A DNA stretch of 64,000 bases from the human T2T-CHM13v2.0 reference genome, Homo sapiens, in the NCBI RefSeq assembly GCF_009914755.1, contig NC_060934.1; one strand, given 5' to 3'. A program made the translations under genes and the position numbers. The notes beneath the pieces are model-generated. The model made no database searches, had not been told where the DNA came from, and saw only the letters and a list, made by a program, of their open reading frames with translations. Shown piece after piece: positions 14,507-31,428 of this stretch. Within the stretch, counting starts at the first letter, position 1; the number at the start of each line of letters is the position of its first letter.

Positions 14507-15059
14507 CTAGTTGGGCACATCCTCCTCTTATTACCCATACGTTCATGCACATAGGAAGTTTGTCCTCTGAAAGACAACTTTAGAATTATTTTTCAAAGCA
14601 AAATGTGTGATCTTCCTGGAGAAGAGTCTAAGTGTGGATGATGACATCTCAGAAGGCACATGATCCAGAACTTCATATGAAGCCTTGGTGAAGGGAAAAA
14701 GATAGGTGAGGGAGGAGGTTGATACAACCACCTTGAATAAAATAAGCATGCCATCATCCAGAGTGAACTACTTCTTATTCTAGAAATTGTGGTAACCTGC
14801 CTGTCTTCCTTCTCTGCACCAGCACCCTACCAAAAGACGGGCTGTGGTCCCGCACATTTACAAAAAGGAATCAGACTTCCAGTCCATCTAAGTCTCAAAT
14901 TAGCTGGGGCAAAGTCATGAAGAAAGAATGAATGATGAGGGAAGGATGAAGACGGAGGAACATGGAAGACCAGGTGACCATGCTGTGGAGGGAAGGAGGA
15001 AAGAGGTTAAAGGGAAGGTGGGTAGAGAGTGGCTCTCAGGGCTTCATCATATGGGTGTG

Positions 15060-15230
15060 CTCATGCTTTCAAAATCATGCATCAAAATCACCTGGAAGGC
15101 TCGCTTAACCCGCTGTTGCTGCCCCCACCCCCAGCACCAGAGCACTTGGGTGTGTTAGAACCAGAGAATTTGCTTTTCCAGTAAGTTCTCGAGTGACGAT
15201 GATGCCGAACTAGGGACCAGCTTTAAGAAG
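15060..15230. mobile_element. MER5A-like DNA transposon
   Basis: gcatcaaaatcacctggaagg...agagaatttgcttttc...gggaccagcttt. Confidence 0.6.
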
Positions 15231-15376
15231 GTCTAGAATACTGGGAAGTGCTGGACTGGGAGGAGATCACTGTGATCCAGAAACAGAAGGTTCTAATTTC
15301 ATAGGGGCTTAATTTAAGGAGCTAGAAAAGGTGGCCAGAGAGGCAAAGGGTCTGGCAAAGTAAGCACCTTGAACAT

Positions 15377-15898
15377 TGTATTAGTTTCCCATTTCTGATG
15401 TAACAAATTTAGCGAATTAGAACAACATAAATTTATTTTATTACTATTCTGGAGTTCAGAAGTCCAAAATCAGTTTTGCTGGGCTAAAATCAAGGTGTCT
15501 GCTATCCCTACATGTCTACAGAAGTAGCTTCTTCTAGAAGGTCTGAGGGGAGAGTCTATTTCCTTGCCTTTTTTGGTGTCTAGTAGCCACCTGGCAATGT
15601 TCCTTGGCTTGTGACCTTTCCCTTCGTCTTCAAAATGCATCACTTTAAATTTCTGCTTCCTTCATCATACGCTGTGACTCCATCATCTGGAGTGACCTGA
15701 CTCCTCCTGCATCTCTCTCATAAGGACTATTGTGAGGATCCTGGTCCCACATGGATAATCCAGGATACTCTCCCCCATCTCCTGATTCTTAACTCAATCA
15801 CAACTGCAAAGACCCCTTTGTTACATTAGGTAATATTCACAGCTCCTGGAGATTAACACATGGATATATATTGGGGGAATTATTTAGCCTGCTGCCAC
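15377..15898 (-). mobile_element. MLT1 (MLT1D-like) MaLR LTR
   Basis: tgtattagtttcc...ttctggagttcagaagtccaaaatc...ggataatccaggat...tgcaaagacccctttg. Confidence 0.8.
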
Positions 15899-16657
15899 CA
15901 TGTTCAGTCCAATGTCCTTTCCTTTGTACAGTCCTGTCCTTCTGCATTGCCACCCTGTACTGAGAAATGGAACAAAATCATGCCATGCTCGAAATGGCTG
16001 GAAGTCATGTAGTTCTCTCTCTCCCTTACCTCAAGGCAGTCTGTTCTTCAACTATCAAAGTGCCTTTTCTATGTTTCAAAGCAGCAGTGTCTTTTGGCTG
16101 ATTCCAAATATAAGGTGACTTCAGTTATATAGAACCTATCCATCTGGAACACTCATTTTACGCATAAGTTTTCCTTCTCTGTACAAAGGGCAAATGATAT
16201 ACAAATAAATGACCCTCTTTGATGGGTTTTATTAGTACCTTCTAGGGTTTGGTTGAAAAGTATATCTGTTATCCCTACATTTAATAGTTATGAAAAACGA
16301 ACACAACATAAATGAGAAGTTTGGAAGTTTGTCAGATATAATTATTGCACTTATTAAGGCAAGAGTGAGGACCTCACCCAATAGTCACTTGTTCCCTTTC
16401 CCTATTGTATTATGATGCTTTAGATAGTTTATCTCAGGCTGACTTACTTTATTTTACATGAGTAGTTGGTAATGAGATATTTGTGTGCTGCTTTTTCTCT
16501 TGTTCTCCATATATCCTGATTTATTCTCATTTCGGGGTTGGTTAATCTTACAAACCCATTCCCTGATATTCCAGGTAACAGATCTTTTCTGTCCACTCTG
16601 GTTATTATTAGTCTGCCCTCTCCCAAAGAAATGCAGAAGCGCCTGGATAAATGTCTT

Positions 16658-16918
16658 TAAAAAACTTATTTTAAGGGGCAGGGTCTTGCTCTGTTGCCCA
16701 GGTTTAGTGTCATAATCACAGCTCACTGCAGCCTCGAACTCAAGCGATCCTTCTGCCACAGCCTCCCAAGTAGCTGGGACTACAGGAGTGTGCCACCATG
16801 CCCAGCTGTTTTCACTTTTTTTTTTTTTTTTGTGAAGACTAGGTCTTGCTATGTTGCCCAGGCTGGTCTCGACCTCTTGGCTTTAAATGATCTTCCCACT
16901 TGGCATCCCAAAGTACTA
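16658..16918 (-). mobile_element. AluJ, slightly 5'-truncated
   Basis: Alu dimer; flanking direct repeat gga(t/a)aaatgtctt. Confidence 0.9.
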
Positions 16919-17009
16919 GGAAAATGTCTTGTATAATACAGTCTCATATGCAGAACATCTGACTCCATGCTCTTTGAGGATGAAGGTGAAATGTGGCTGC
17001 CTATGAGAG

Positions 17010-17250
17010 ACTGTATTGTACAATGGTTACGAGTGAGAGCTCTGTAATATCATACTGCTTGGTTTGAGTTCTTACTGAGCCTCTTGCTGGCAGTGTGATT
17101 TTAGACGAGGGATAACTTTACTTTTCCGGACCTCTTTTCTATTATGTAAAATGAGGATAATCACCATAGTTACTTTATAAGGTTGTTGCAGGGATCAAGT
17201 AAAATAAATCCTAAAATCCGGCACATAATATGCCATCAACAATTATTAGC
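17010..17250 (+). mobile_element. MIR
   Basis: tgtaaaatgaggataat...aaggttgttgcagggatcaa. Confidence 0.7.
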
Positions 17251-18023
17251 TTGTTTTAAAATTTTGAAGCTGGGAGTGTTGTTTTTTAAACATCCTTACA
17301 GCTCCCCAACAGATGCAATGTGTAAGTAGCTTATTCTGTGATCATATCCTAGCTGCTATAATCACTGTAGTCATCTATTCATTTCAGCAAAGAGCACACT
17401 GAACAGTTTAAAATATTGCTTGTCCTCCCCAAAAGCAGTTGCTGAGAGATAGTTGCCGTCATTTAAAACGATGTGATGAGCTCACACCATATCTATATTT
17501 TTTTTCAAAATGATAAAATAGTCTTTGTAAAGTAATATAAAATTCTTAATTGCTTCTTTTCACATATATAAAGGAAGCATACACTCCAATCTCCTACGTG
17601 AGAAATATATTTCACCACAACAATATACAGATACAGAAAATCTAGGAGAAGAAATTAGTATTTAAATAGTAGCTGTCACCCAAGACTATCAGATCACCAC
17701 AGTAATTCCTCAATGTTCTTTATTATCTTTAAGTTATGGCAATATTTTATTGCTTAAAATGAAATTTTTAAGACTAGTCTCTCTCGACAGAATCAAGAAG
17801 AAAAAGAAATGATCAGATTTGATTTCCTCCATTTTCCAGACAGGAAAATTGGAGATATGGTGAAGTTATCCAACCCAAACAAGATAAAAACTTCATAGCA
17901 TCTCAGTGCACTGCTAAAAGTAGAAACAATTTTTATCATTGCAAAAGGAGAGAGAAATGAGTTTGATGACAAATTCTATGAATTTCCTTGAGATACATTC
18001 CTATTGAACTAGATTCTGCTGAG

Positions 18024-18120
18024 ACATGTATACCTATGTAACAAACCTGCACACTGTGCACATGTACCCTAGAACTTAAAGTATAATAATAATTTTTAAA
18101 AAATTAACAAAAAAAGAAAA
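18024..18120 (+). mobile_element. Short L1PA (L1PA6/7-like) 3'-end
   Basis: acatgtatacctatgtaacaaacctgcac...ccctagaacttaaagtataat plus A tail. Confidence 0.85.
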
Positions 18121-19539
18121 TTAGCCTTGTTGAAAAATAACAGCAACATTGTAACAAAGTTTAAATAATATGTTACAAAGTCACATAAATAGACTTAGGT
18201 CCCAAGAAGAGATTTAGAATCTGCTAATAACAAACAATTACCCAGCCTATATTCCATGGATGAAGTCAACTATTGCTCAGTGGACAGAGGTCTCAGAAAC
18301 AAACATACACAAATAGGGCAAGAGCTCACTTATTTTCCTGCCTGCCCAGAGATATATACACATGGGGTGGACTGGTTTATCTTCTGGTCAAAGACAACTT
18401 ATTTAATTTATCTGCAAATGAGAGTTTTCTCTATAGTTTTTTAATATATACTGTTAGCTTCTCTGCCAAAGAGACATCTGTGTTGTTCCATATTTCAGTC
18501 AAGTAAATTGGAAGAAGTGGGTGGTCTTTCTTTACAATAAACAAATTGGCTGTGCTCTCAGTTAATTTCTAGATAAATATAACCTCCTTATTAAGACTTC
18601 TGACAAGTTTCCCTTATACCTTTCTGGTTTAAGTTCAAGTGATGTACTAAGGGATTTAGCCAGGCTTTCTTTTTCTGCAGTTTAAGGGGTGGGGAACATT
18701 TAAAATACATATATTTGATATTATTTGAGTTCATTTCTTGGTCTCTAATAAATTACTTAGTGAAATTGAACTCATCTGGAATCAGAAGGAAACTGAAGTA
18801 ATGTTTTCCAATTAAATATCAGGAATTTATACAACATCTAGGAAAGAAAAATCTCACTTTTAGAAAAGTAAAAGATTGGCAAAGAAGGGGACTTTGACAA
18901 TAAGAAAGAAGGAAAAAGAATTTCAAATCTGTGTTGAAGGAAAAAGAATTGGAAGAATTTATGTCAGAAAAAGAATTTGAAGACTGTATTGGGAGTCAAA
19001 ATTAATTTATGGTAGATTAGTCACTGGTAGAAAGAGAATGCATTCTAGATAGACAAAGAATATGAACAAAGGCACTGAGTTGGTGTGAGGATGAAACATT
19101 GGGGACAATAAAGAGTTAATATATCTTGGGGAATAGAGGATGCATGCTGAGTAATGTAGAAATTGAAGTTGGCTAAGTGGGAGGTAAGGAAGGGTCACGG
19201 AAATCTTCAAGCACACAGAGTGGTGCCTGCACTTGATGTTTTAGGAATCGAGCATCTACAATTTTGTTTCAGCACTGTTGTCATGGCCAGCTAGCTGAAG
19301 CCACACCCAGGTGTGAAGTGATTTAGTACCTGCAATGATAAGTGGGGTCCTTTAGCAGGCTCTCCCCTACCAAGCTGACCCTTTCTAGGAGAGAATTGGC
19401 CAAGTACAGGTTTAAAATGGGATTAACCCAGGACAGGCACGGATTGTGAATGTTGTCATTGTCAAGTGTCTTTTTTGGGCACTAAGAGCTACTTCCACCC
19501 CTCTTTTTCAATGTCATTTGGGTACTTTCCTTATAATAA

Positions 19540-20030
19540 AGCTGGTTTGTGGGTAAGCTTTAAGGCAGGTGGCTGGGAAGCAGATTCTGAGACTATGATT
19601 CATAGTCAAGTGATTTATTAAGGAGACACCCCCCCGACAGAAAATCCAGTAGGAGAGTGGTGAAACAAACACAAGGAAAGGGAATAAGCCAAGCAAGGAA
19701 GAGATTTCAGGCAACGAGCTGGCCTCAGCTGAATCTTGCAGAGGAATTCTAGGGGATGAATTGCACTTTGGAGTTTGTTCTGAATTCATCAAGGTGATGT
19801 GGATGGGTTTTAATTTTCCTGTACTGATTAGTCACTGGCTGAGGAATGCCCAGGGGAGAGAGTAAGAAAGTAAACTTCCAGGCACTTCTAGCTCTCCAGG
19901 CTGGAAGGCAAAACAGCCCTCAGGCAGTCCTCTGAGTAGGACTTGGAGATAGAAGCCAAAAATAAAAAAGCCAGGAGATAGATGGACAGTAATATTTGAG
20001 GGAATCTGGAATGAACATCAGTAGTAAATG
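19540..20030. mobile_element. ERVL-class LTR (LTR16-like)
   Basis: gggaagcagattctgaga...tgatttattaaggag resembles the LTR16 family. Confidence 0.45.
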
Positions 20031-23000
20031 CTTCTGCCGGGCACTGGGTTTATAAGAACATTATTTTTGCCCTCTTTTCATATTGGCCTGAACTTGCAAT
20101 TTTTTACCCATTACTTCCTCTCACCTGAGAATCTGAAACAGTTTGGAGGGCTGACTTCCAAGATATCCACTACCTCTTTCACTTGTCCAGTAGAAGTGTT
20201 CAGATTTAATTCTGCATCGCAGAAAATAATTAGGTCTTTAAAGCCTATAAATTACATTTGTCAGCAGCAGAGAAAACAAATGGAGTTTCTGGTTCTCTGG
20301 TGGCAATGATGAATGGCAACATTGAGCTTTTGCTATAAGAAGCTTGTGTGGACCCAGGAACTTGTTTATTGACTCTTAACGAAAAGACAATTAATCCAAA
20401 CCATTTTAGATTGTGGTGGCCAAGCTCTGTGTATAATGGGACTGAGGGGTTCTACTGGGTTGGAAAGTTCCATATGGCTGACATCCCTCCAATGACAGGA
20501 GAACATGCTGTCAGGGCTCCAGTTTAGAGTAGAATATGTGGTGAAAGGATACAGATTAGACAATTCATTAACTAAGATTTATATGTTGCTAGTAGCTATT
20601 AATAGGACTGATAGTATCTGTATAGGACATAGATTCCTGGCTAACACTCATGATGTAAACCCCTGTTAGCTTCTGACGACACACTGCAGTTCAGCAGCAA
20701 AATTTCCAAGTTTAAAGTAAAATGTAATTGATTAAAACATGATTCTAAAGGTAAGGAGTGTGTAGGCTGAGAAGCAAACCTGGATTTGCCCTAATGACTG
20801 CTAATAAGATACTAAACCCAACAGCACTCTGTTTGTAGTCCTTGAGGAATGTGGTGCCTGGAACAGCCCTGCATGCTTAGAGGTGGGCTGACTCAGTGCT
20901 TAGGACACAGCTGAAGCAGATCGTTATGCTGTGTATTTTGAAGTTGCTGAAAATAGACCTCCCCTCCACTTTGATCCTGCTTCCAGGGCAGTCATTAACT
21001 GCTCTGTTAAAACAGAGATACTGAGGTTGGGATTAACCAAGGACATACACATTTCCCCCTTCTCTTGGGTCCTGAGAAAGGAGCTTATAGCAAATGACTG
21101 TATTTAGGCAAATATGTGTCTGCAAGAGTTCAATCAAAGCTGATTTACATCCTGTAATATCGGTAGTAGGAATCTCATTTCCAACATGCTGATAAAACAT
21201 AGCATTAGACAAATACAATAAACAAGCAGGAAAAACAGAACAAAAGAGGAAAGCTAAAAGAATCACTAAGACAGTATCTCAGCTTGCTTTTTAGCAATAC
21301 ACACAAGCAAACAGCAGAATAAACTGGATTCTAATGGAAGATGTTCTCTTGGCTTAATGCTCATAGAAACAGAGAAATCCATTCAAGGTCCCTGTTCAAT
21401 ATGGTTCAGGGAAACAGCCTTGCTGAATTCAACTTTCTACACAATTCAGTTACTGTGTCACCATCCAGAAACCTACATTTGTATTCACGAGTTAGGAATA
21501 TTATGGTAAAATACAGGAAGTCTCTAGATTCCATGGTCTTTATAAAGAAAAAAGCAGTCTTATCCCTTTTAATCAATAGAAAGGCATGGTAAAGGTATCT
21601 AAAGAGCACTTCAGGGCTCCTCATAATTTTTCATCGCTTCTCTTCACTCCCTGGAGAGAAAACTATTCATGTGTCCAGGATTCACTTAGCCCTGCAATGT
21701 GGAGGTGCCAGTGTTACATCCTATGAAGGTTACAGACATGCACACGGTTTGTCTCCATTTCTCTAGTGGATATTCCTTGAAGTTGGGAATCCAGACAGGT
21801 ACAGAAATAATTGTTATAATAGGCATCCTGTAAACACTGACCACACAATTGGAAGAGATACCAGATGTTTAGGAACTGGGGAACTGGAAAGACAGCAGTA
21901 GTTAAAATGAGTAAAATAAAATGCTGGATGTTCCAGCAGTATATTCTGTATAAAAAAGCTGGCCAGGATATGTGGAAGTCTCAAGCAAGCCAATAATGGA
22001 GCTCCATTACCATTTGCTATTTCTTAAACATTTATTCAATATTTGTAAATGAGGTTGAGAAGGTGATTTTTTTCTTAAGAAAATTATTAACACAAAAATA
22101 TTATAAATAGAAGCAGATTCCCTTTCACTACTTCACAGCCACTGGGGGAAAGAAGTTCTAAAAATGATTAGCCTACCAATTTCTGCTTTTATGCAACTTT
22201 TATTATAGCTTCACTTTAAAATTTTTTTATGGACTCAACTTCTTGAGATTCATAGTAATAATAATATCTAACATTTATTGAGTGCCTATTATGTGCCAAA
22301 TCCTATAAGTGAGGTAAATTATCTTTCTTAAACTTCCTTCAAAACAAACTTCCATTGTCAATAATACCTCAATGAACTGGAAAAAATCCCAAACTTACTT
22401 ATAAGTTGAGGCTTATAATTAGCCTTATTTAATTAAAGAATCTAAAATGTAGATACTAAAATAAATCACTGGTTCCCAACAAGGAGCATTAAGCCATGCA
22501 TAAGCTGCTTTTTGAACCTCAGCTGACTGGATATACATGAAAGCCGCAAAAAAATACTCAACTGATAGACATTTTGCAGCAAGAGTGAATTTCATTTCTT
22601 TACATATCCTTGGTAGTGTGCTGTCCACTTTGCTGGAAGCTTGATCAATTTAGCTCAGCACTCTTAGATATAGGTGACCTGATCTTTAATCTGATTTGGA
22701 AGTCTATAAAAGTCTTATGAAATCCAAATTTTTCAAGTTCAGAAATAATTAGTATGATTGATATTTTAGTGCTAGTCTTAGTCCTTTTTTATTCAGTTAT
22801 AACTTCAGATGACAGCTATAATACTCTTGAGTTCTTAAAGATAAAAATATTTTTCTTATAATTTGAACTTAAGATTGTGAAAAAGAGAGGCAAATTTGAA
22901 AATTTTCAATACATAACCAACATTCCAGCGTATCGAACTTTTAACATCCGAAATGTTTCTTAGGGATGTTTAATTGCCTCTCAGAGCATGGGTAATAGGA

Positions 23001-25615
23001 AATCACTTAATACAATATCCATCCTGCTCTTTATCCTACAGGATTTGATTTACTCAACCAGTTCTACAACCCTGTGCTAGGTAATATTGAAACATAAAAA
23101 TAAGATCTTCTTTCAACATTTTCAACAACTTATAATCTGTAGAGAACTATCATCCCTATTAACAGATAGGAAAATGAAAACTTAGAGAGGTCCAAGTTTA
23201 CACGGACAGTAAATGGAGAAGCCAGAATTTAAAGTTGGCTCTAACTTTAGAGTCTTTATTCATTGTTTGGTAAATTTCAATCCTGAGTCTTCAATGCTGA
23301 TGTCAAGCTGACCCCATAAGGCTGGTATCTCAGTGTGTGCAAACATCTAGCCATGTGTAGGTATTAAAAATAAGATGCTTCTAAAAGGCAGTATGGTGTA
23401 GGGAGCAGAGTTTTGGACATGGAGCTAATCCTTGATTTGGTGATTCCTGGCTATTTGAACTTGTCTTAATCAGGACATTTTGTTAATTTTGTACAAAATA
23501 GAAATCCCAGTTGTCCACTTGAGCTGTTTCACTGGCTTATGATGGTGACTGTTCAGTTTCATCACTGCACTTGTCAGTGCTGTTTTACTGTGTGTGCATT
23601 CTTCCATCTAGAATTTAGGCTCCCAGGAAATATTTACCTTATTCAGTGTGTTTATCATCATTGCATTCCAGCAACTAGAAAATGTCTGTAACATAAGAAG
23701 TGATTCCTAAGGTTGATTGAATGAAAGAGGCAATGGATCTCAAGGCTTCTGTAGAATATAAAAGGCACTTTTATTGTCAGGGATTGCTATGATTATTCTC
23801 ACCATCACATTTCAAGGTGGTTAATCATTGTCCCCCATCTCCATGACAGCGTTGGCCTTGACTTGACTTGGTATCTTATCCTTCATTTCAGCTCATGGTA
23901 TTTGGCATTTTTAGCTTATAGACTTTTTTTTGCATCAAACACAAATTCATACACACAGATATCTGAGACCGAAGACTAAACATTAAAATGAATCACTGTC
24001 AAGAAGAATCAGGCATGCTGTTTGGGGCACAATTGTTGCCTGGGAAATGCTAAGACATGAAATTAATGGAGAGAAGTTTGGGTAGGTTTGGTTATTTACT
24101 TATTTATTTGTTTGTTTTGTTTCTGGTAATTGACAGTTTCTTCCCTTGAGATGGAGATGTAACTTAATTGCTGACCCCCAGCCTCTAGGCAGCCTATGAG
24201 CAGAGAGCTCAGCCAATGAGGAGGGAGGGACAGTGAAAGTCCTGCTTTTCCCTTTGATGGTTCATCTGTTTCTGTTGCCTCTTGAAACTGTGTTAAAGCA
24301 CTTACAAAACAATTATCTTGCGGGACTGCTAGAGCCATCCTAGATCTATCCTTTTCATTAGGCAATTCCTGCTGGGGACCAAAAAGTCTGGAACTCGTTT
24401 AATGGAACACTAAGAATAATCACTATGTGAGTTCCTTACTTCCTGGAAACCTGAAAGCATAAACATAGGGGTTTTGTTTAGATAAAAGTCCTGCCAGCCA
24501 TGGAATTTTATTATTGTGTAGTTTCTGACAGATAAATGGCAGTATGGAGGTAGAGTTTTCTTTCTATTCTCACATACCTGGAGATAATAAAGCTGGGACA
24601 ACCCAAAATTGTATTTGTTTTTCATGAAGATTTACTACAAGGTTATTTTATAACTGGACTGACTGCGATTCCCAAAACACATTCTAGAGCATCCTGTGTG
24701 TGTGGACTTGGGTGGGAAGAGGTTCTATCAAAGTAACCTTAATTTCCACTGAGATGTACCTCCACCCTATGATTTTTAAGTTCAGCTCAAATTCATACTA
24801 CAGGAAGAAAAAAATAGCATTGCTTCTATATATAGCAATGATTTAATAGGATTAACTTAATAACATTTTCTTACCCATTAGCACATTTTATTGTACCAAA
24901 ATTCTATAGAGCAAATGGTTCTGGCATTATTTCCTTGATGTTTTCAAGTCGAGGGGAATGACTCACAGTGCTTAAGTCTTAAACACTTGCTCCAAGTTGA
25001 CTTCAGTGATACTATTTCATGTACAGAGAAGGCTGAAATAATTAGGTTAAATCTTGACTTTGCCAGAATTCAGATTTTTCTTAACCTATAAACCTGACTC
25101 AATAGAAAGCAGTTTCATTCTAAGACAACCAGTCAGACAGAAATTAATTATCTTCAAGAAAGTGAGGTGGTTTACCACTCTACGAGGTGATATCACATAC
25201 ATTAACTCATCTGAGGCTTATAAGAACCTCTTGGAAAAGGCTGAAGAAAAAATCTCTTTATTTATAATATGGGGTCCTAGTAAGTCTCAGTGAACTGAAA
25301 TGACTTACTTCAAGTTTCCCAGCTAGGAGATGGTTGAGCTGGGACAATCCCAAAGGTCTTACTTGCTTTTCATAAGGATTTACTACAAAGTTCTTTTTTT
25401 TTTTTTTTTAATTATACTCTAAGTTTTAGGGTACATGTGCACATTGTGCAGGTTAGTTACATATGTATACATGTGCCATGCTGGTGCGCTGCACCCACTA
25501 ATGTGTCATCTAGCATTAGGTATATCTCCCAATGCTATCCCTCCCCCCTCCCCCGACCCCACCACAGTCCCCAGAGTGTGATATTCCCCTTCCTGTGTCC
25601 ATGTGATCTCATTGT

Positions 25616-29466
<3,851 letters not shown>

Positions 29467-29505
29467 TCATTAGTTGATGCAGTTTCTTCCTAGTCTCGAT
29501 GGTCT

Positions 29506-30522
29506 TTACATTTTGGCATGATTTTGCAGCGGCTGGTACCGGTTGTTCCTTTCCATGTTTAGCGCTTCCTTCAGGAGCTCTTTTAGGGCAGGCCTGGTGG
29601 TGACAAAATCTCTCAGCATTTGCTTGTCTATAAAGTATTTTATTTCTCCTTCACTTATGAAGCTTAGTTTGGCTGGATATGAAATTCTGGGTTGAAAATT
29701 CTTTTCTTTAAGAATGTTGAATATTGGCCCCCACTCTCTTCTGGCTTGTAGGGTTTCTGCCGAGAGATCCGCTGTTAGTCTGATGGGCTTTCCTTTGAGG
29801 GTAACCCGACCTTTCTCTCTGGCTGCCCTTAACATTTTTTCCTTCATTTCAACTTTGGTGAATCTGACAATTATGTGTCTTGGAGTTGCTCTTCTCGAGG
29901 AATATCTTTGTGGCGTTCTCTGTATTTCCTGAATCTGAATGTTGGCCTGCCTTGCTAGATTGGGGAAGTTCTCCTGGATAATATCCTGCAGAGTGTTTTC
30001 CAACTTGGTTCCATTCTCCACATCACTTTCAGGTACACCAATCAGACGTAGATTTGGTCTTTTCACATAGTCCCATATTTCTTGGAGGCTTTGCTCATTT
30101 CTTTTTATTCTTTTTTCTCTAAACTTCCCTTCTCGCTTCATTTCATTCATTTCATCTTCCATTGCTGATACCCTTTCTTCCAGTTGATCGCATCGGCTCC
30201 TGAGGCTTCTGCATTCTTCACGTAGTTCTCGAGCCTTGGTTTTCAGCTCCATCAGCTCCTTTAAGCACTTCTCTGTGTTGGTTATTCTAGTTATACATTC
30301 TTCTAAATTTTTTTCAAAGTTTTCAACTTCTTTGCCTTTGGTTTGAATGTCCTCCCGTAGCTCAGAGTAATTTGATAGTCTGAAGCCTTCTTCTCTCAGC
30401 TCGTCAAAATCATTCTCCATCCAGCTTTGTTCTGTTGCTGGTGAGGAACTGTGTTCCTTTGGAGGAGGAGAGGCGCTCTGCGTTTTAGAGTTTCCAGTTT
30501 TTCTGTTCTGTTTTTTCCCCAT
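29506..30522 (-). CDS. ORF1: L1 ORF1p RNA-binding/chaperone protein (338 aa, intact)
   Basis: 338-aa ORF MGKKQNRK...QNHAKM with the REKG, ARR and YPAKLS motifs intact. Confidence 0.97.
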   Translation of the reverse strand: MGKKQNRKTGNSKTQSASPPPKEHSSSPATEQSWMENDFDELREEGFRLSNYSELREDIQTKGKEVENFEKNLEECITRITNTEKCLKELMELKTKARELREECRSLRSRCDQLEERVSAMEDEMNEMKREGKFREKRIKRNEQSLQEIWDYVKRPNLRLIGVPESDVENGTKLENTLQDIIQENFPNLARQANIQIQEIQRTPQRYSSRRATPRHIIVRFTKVEMKEKMLRAAREKGRVTLKGKPIRLTADLSAETLQARREWGPIFNILKEKNFQPRISYPAKLSFISEGEIKYFIDKQMLRDFVTTRPALKELLKEALNMERNNRYQPLQNHAKM

Positions 30523-31428
30523 CTTTGTGGTTTTATCTACTTTTGGTCTTTGATGATGGTGATGTACAGATGGGTTTTCGGTGTAGATGTCCTTTCTGGT
30601 TGTTAGTTTTCCTTCTAACAGACAGGACCCTCAGCTGCAGGTCTGTTGGAATACCCTGCCTTGTGAGGTGTCAGTGTGCCCCTGCTGGGGGGTGCCTCCC
30701 AGTTAGGCTGCTCGGGGGTCAGGGGTCAGGGACCCACTTGAGGAGGCAGTCTGCCCGTTCTCAGATCTCCAGCTGCGTGCTGGGAGAACCACTGCTCTCT
30801 TCAAAGCTGTCAGACAGGGACACTTAAGTCTGCAGAGGTTACTGCTGTCTTTTTGTTTGTCTGTGCCCTGCCCCCAGAGGTGGAGCCTACAGAGGCAGGC
30901 AGGCCTCCTTGAGCTGTGGTGGGCTCCACCCAGTTCGAGCTTCCCAGCTGCTTTGTTTACCTAAGCAAGCCTGGGCAATGGCGGGCGCCCCTCCCCCAGC
31001 CTCGTTGCCGCCTAGCAGTTTGATCTCAGACTGCTGTGCTAGCAATCAGCGAGATTCCGTGGGCGTAGGACCCTCTGAGCCAGGTGTGGGATATAGTCTC
31101 GTGGTGCGCCGTTTCTTAAGCTGGTCTGAAAAGCGCAATATTCGGGTGGGAGTGACCCGATTTTCCAGGTGGGTCCGTCACCCCTTTCTTTCACTCGGAA
31201 AGGGAACTCCCTGACCCCTTGCGCTTCCCAGGTGGGGCAATGCCTCGCCCTGCTTCGGCTTGCGCACGGTGCACACACACACTGGCCTGCGCCCACTGTC
31301 TGGCACTCCCTAGTGAGATGAACCCGGTACCTCAGATGGAAATGCAGAAATCACCCGTCTTCTGCGTCGCTCACGCTGGGTGCTGTAGACCGGAGCTGTT
31401 CCTATTCGGCCATCTTGGCTCCTCCTCC
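30523..31428 (-). promoter_or_regulatory. L1 5'UTR: internal sense promoter (YY1 site) and antisense promoter
   Basis: CpG-rich ~900-bp UTR; YY1 motif AAGATGGCC is intact near the 5' end (plus strand ggccatctt, ~31408-31416). Confidence 0.85.
30978..31214 (+). CDS. ORF0: L1 antisense ORF0, extended to 78 aa by stop loss
   Basis: ATG at 30978 gives MAGAPPPASLPP...VRHPFL (71 aa, matching primate ORF0). Codon 72 at 31191-31193 is TCA rather than TGA, adding SLGKGTP. Confidence 0.8.
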   Translation: MAGAPPPASLPPSSLISDCCASNQRDSVGVGPSEPGVGYSLVVRRFLSWSEKRNIRVGVTRFSRWVRHPFLSLGKGTP

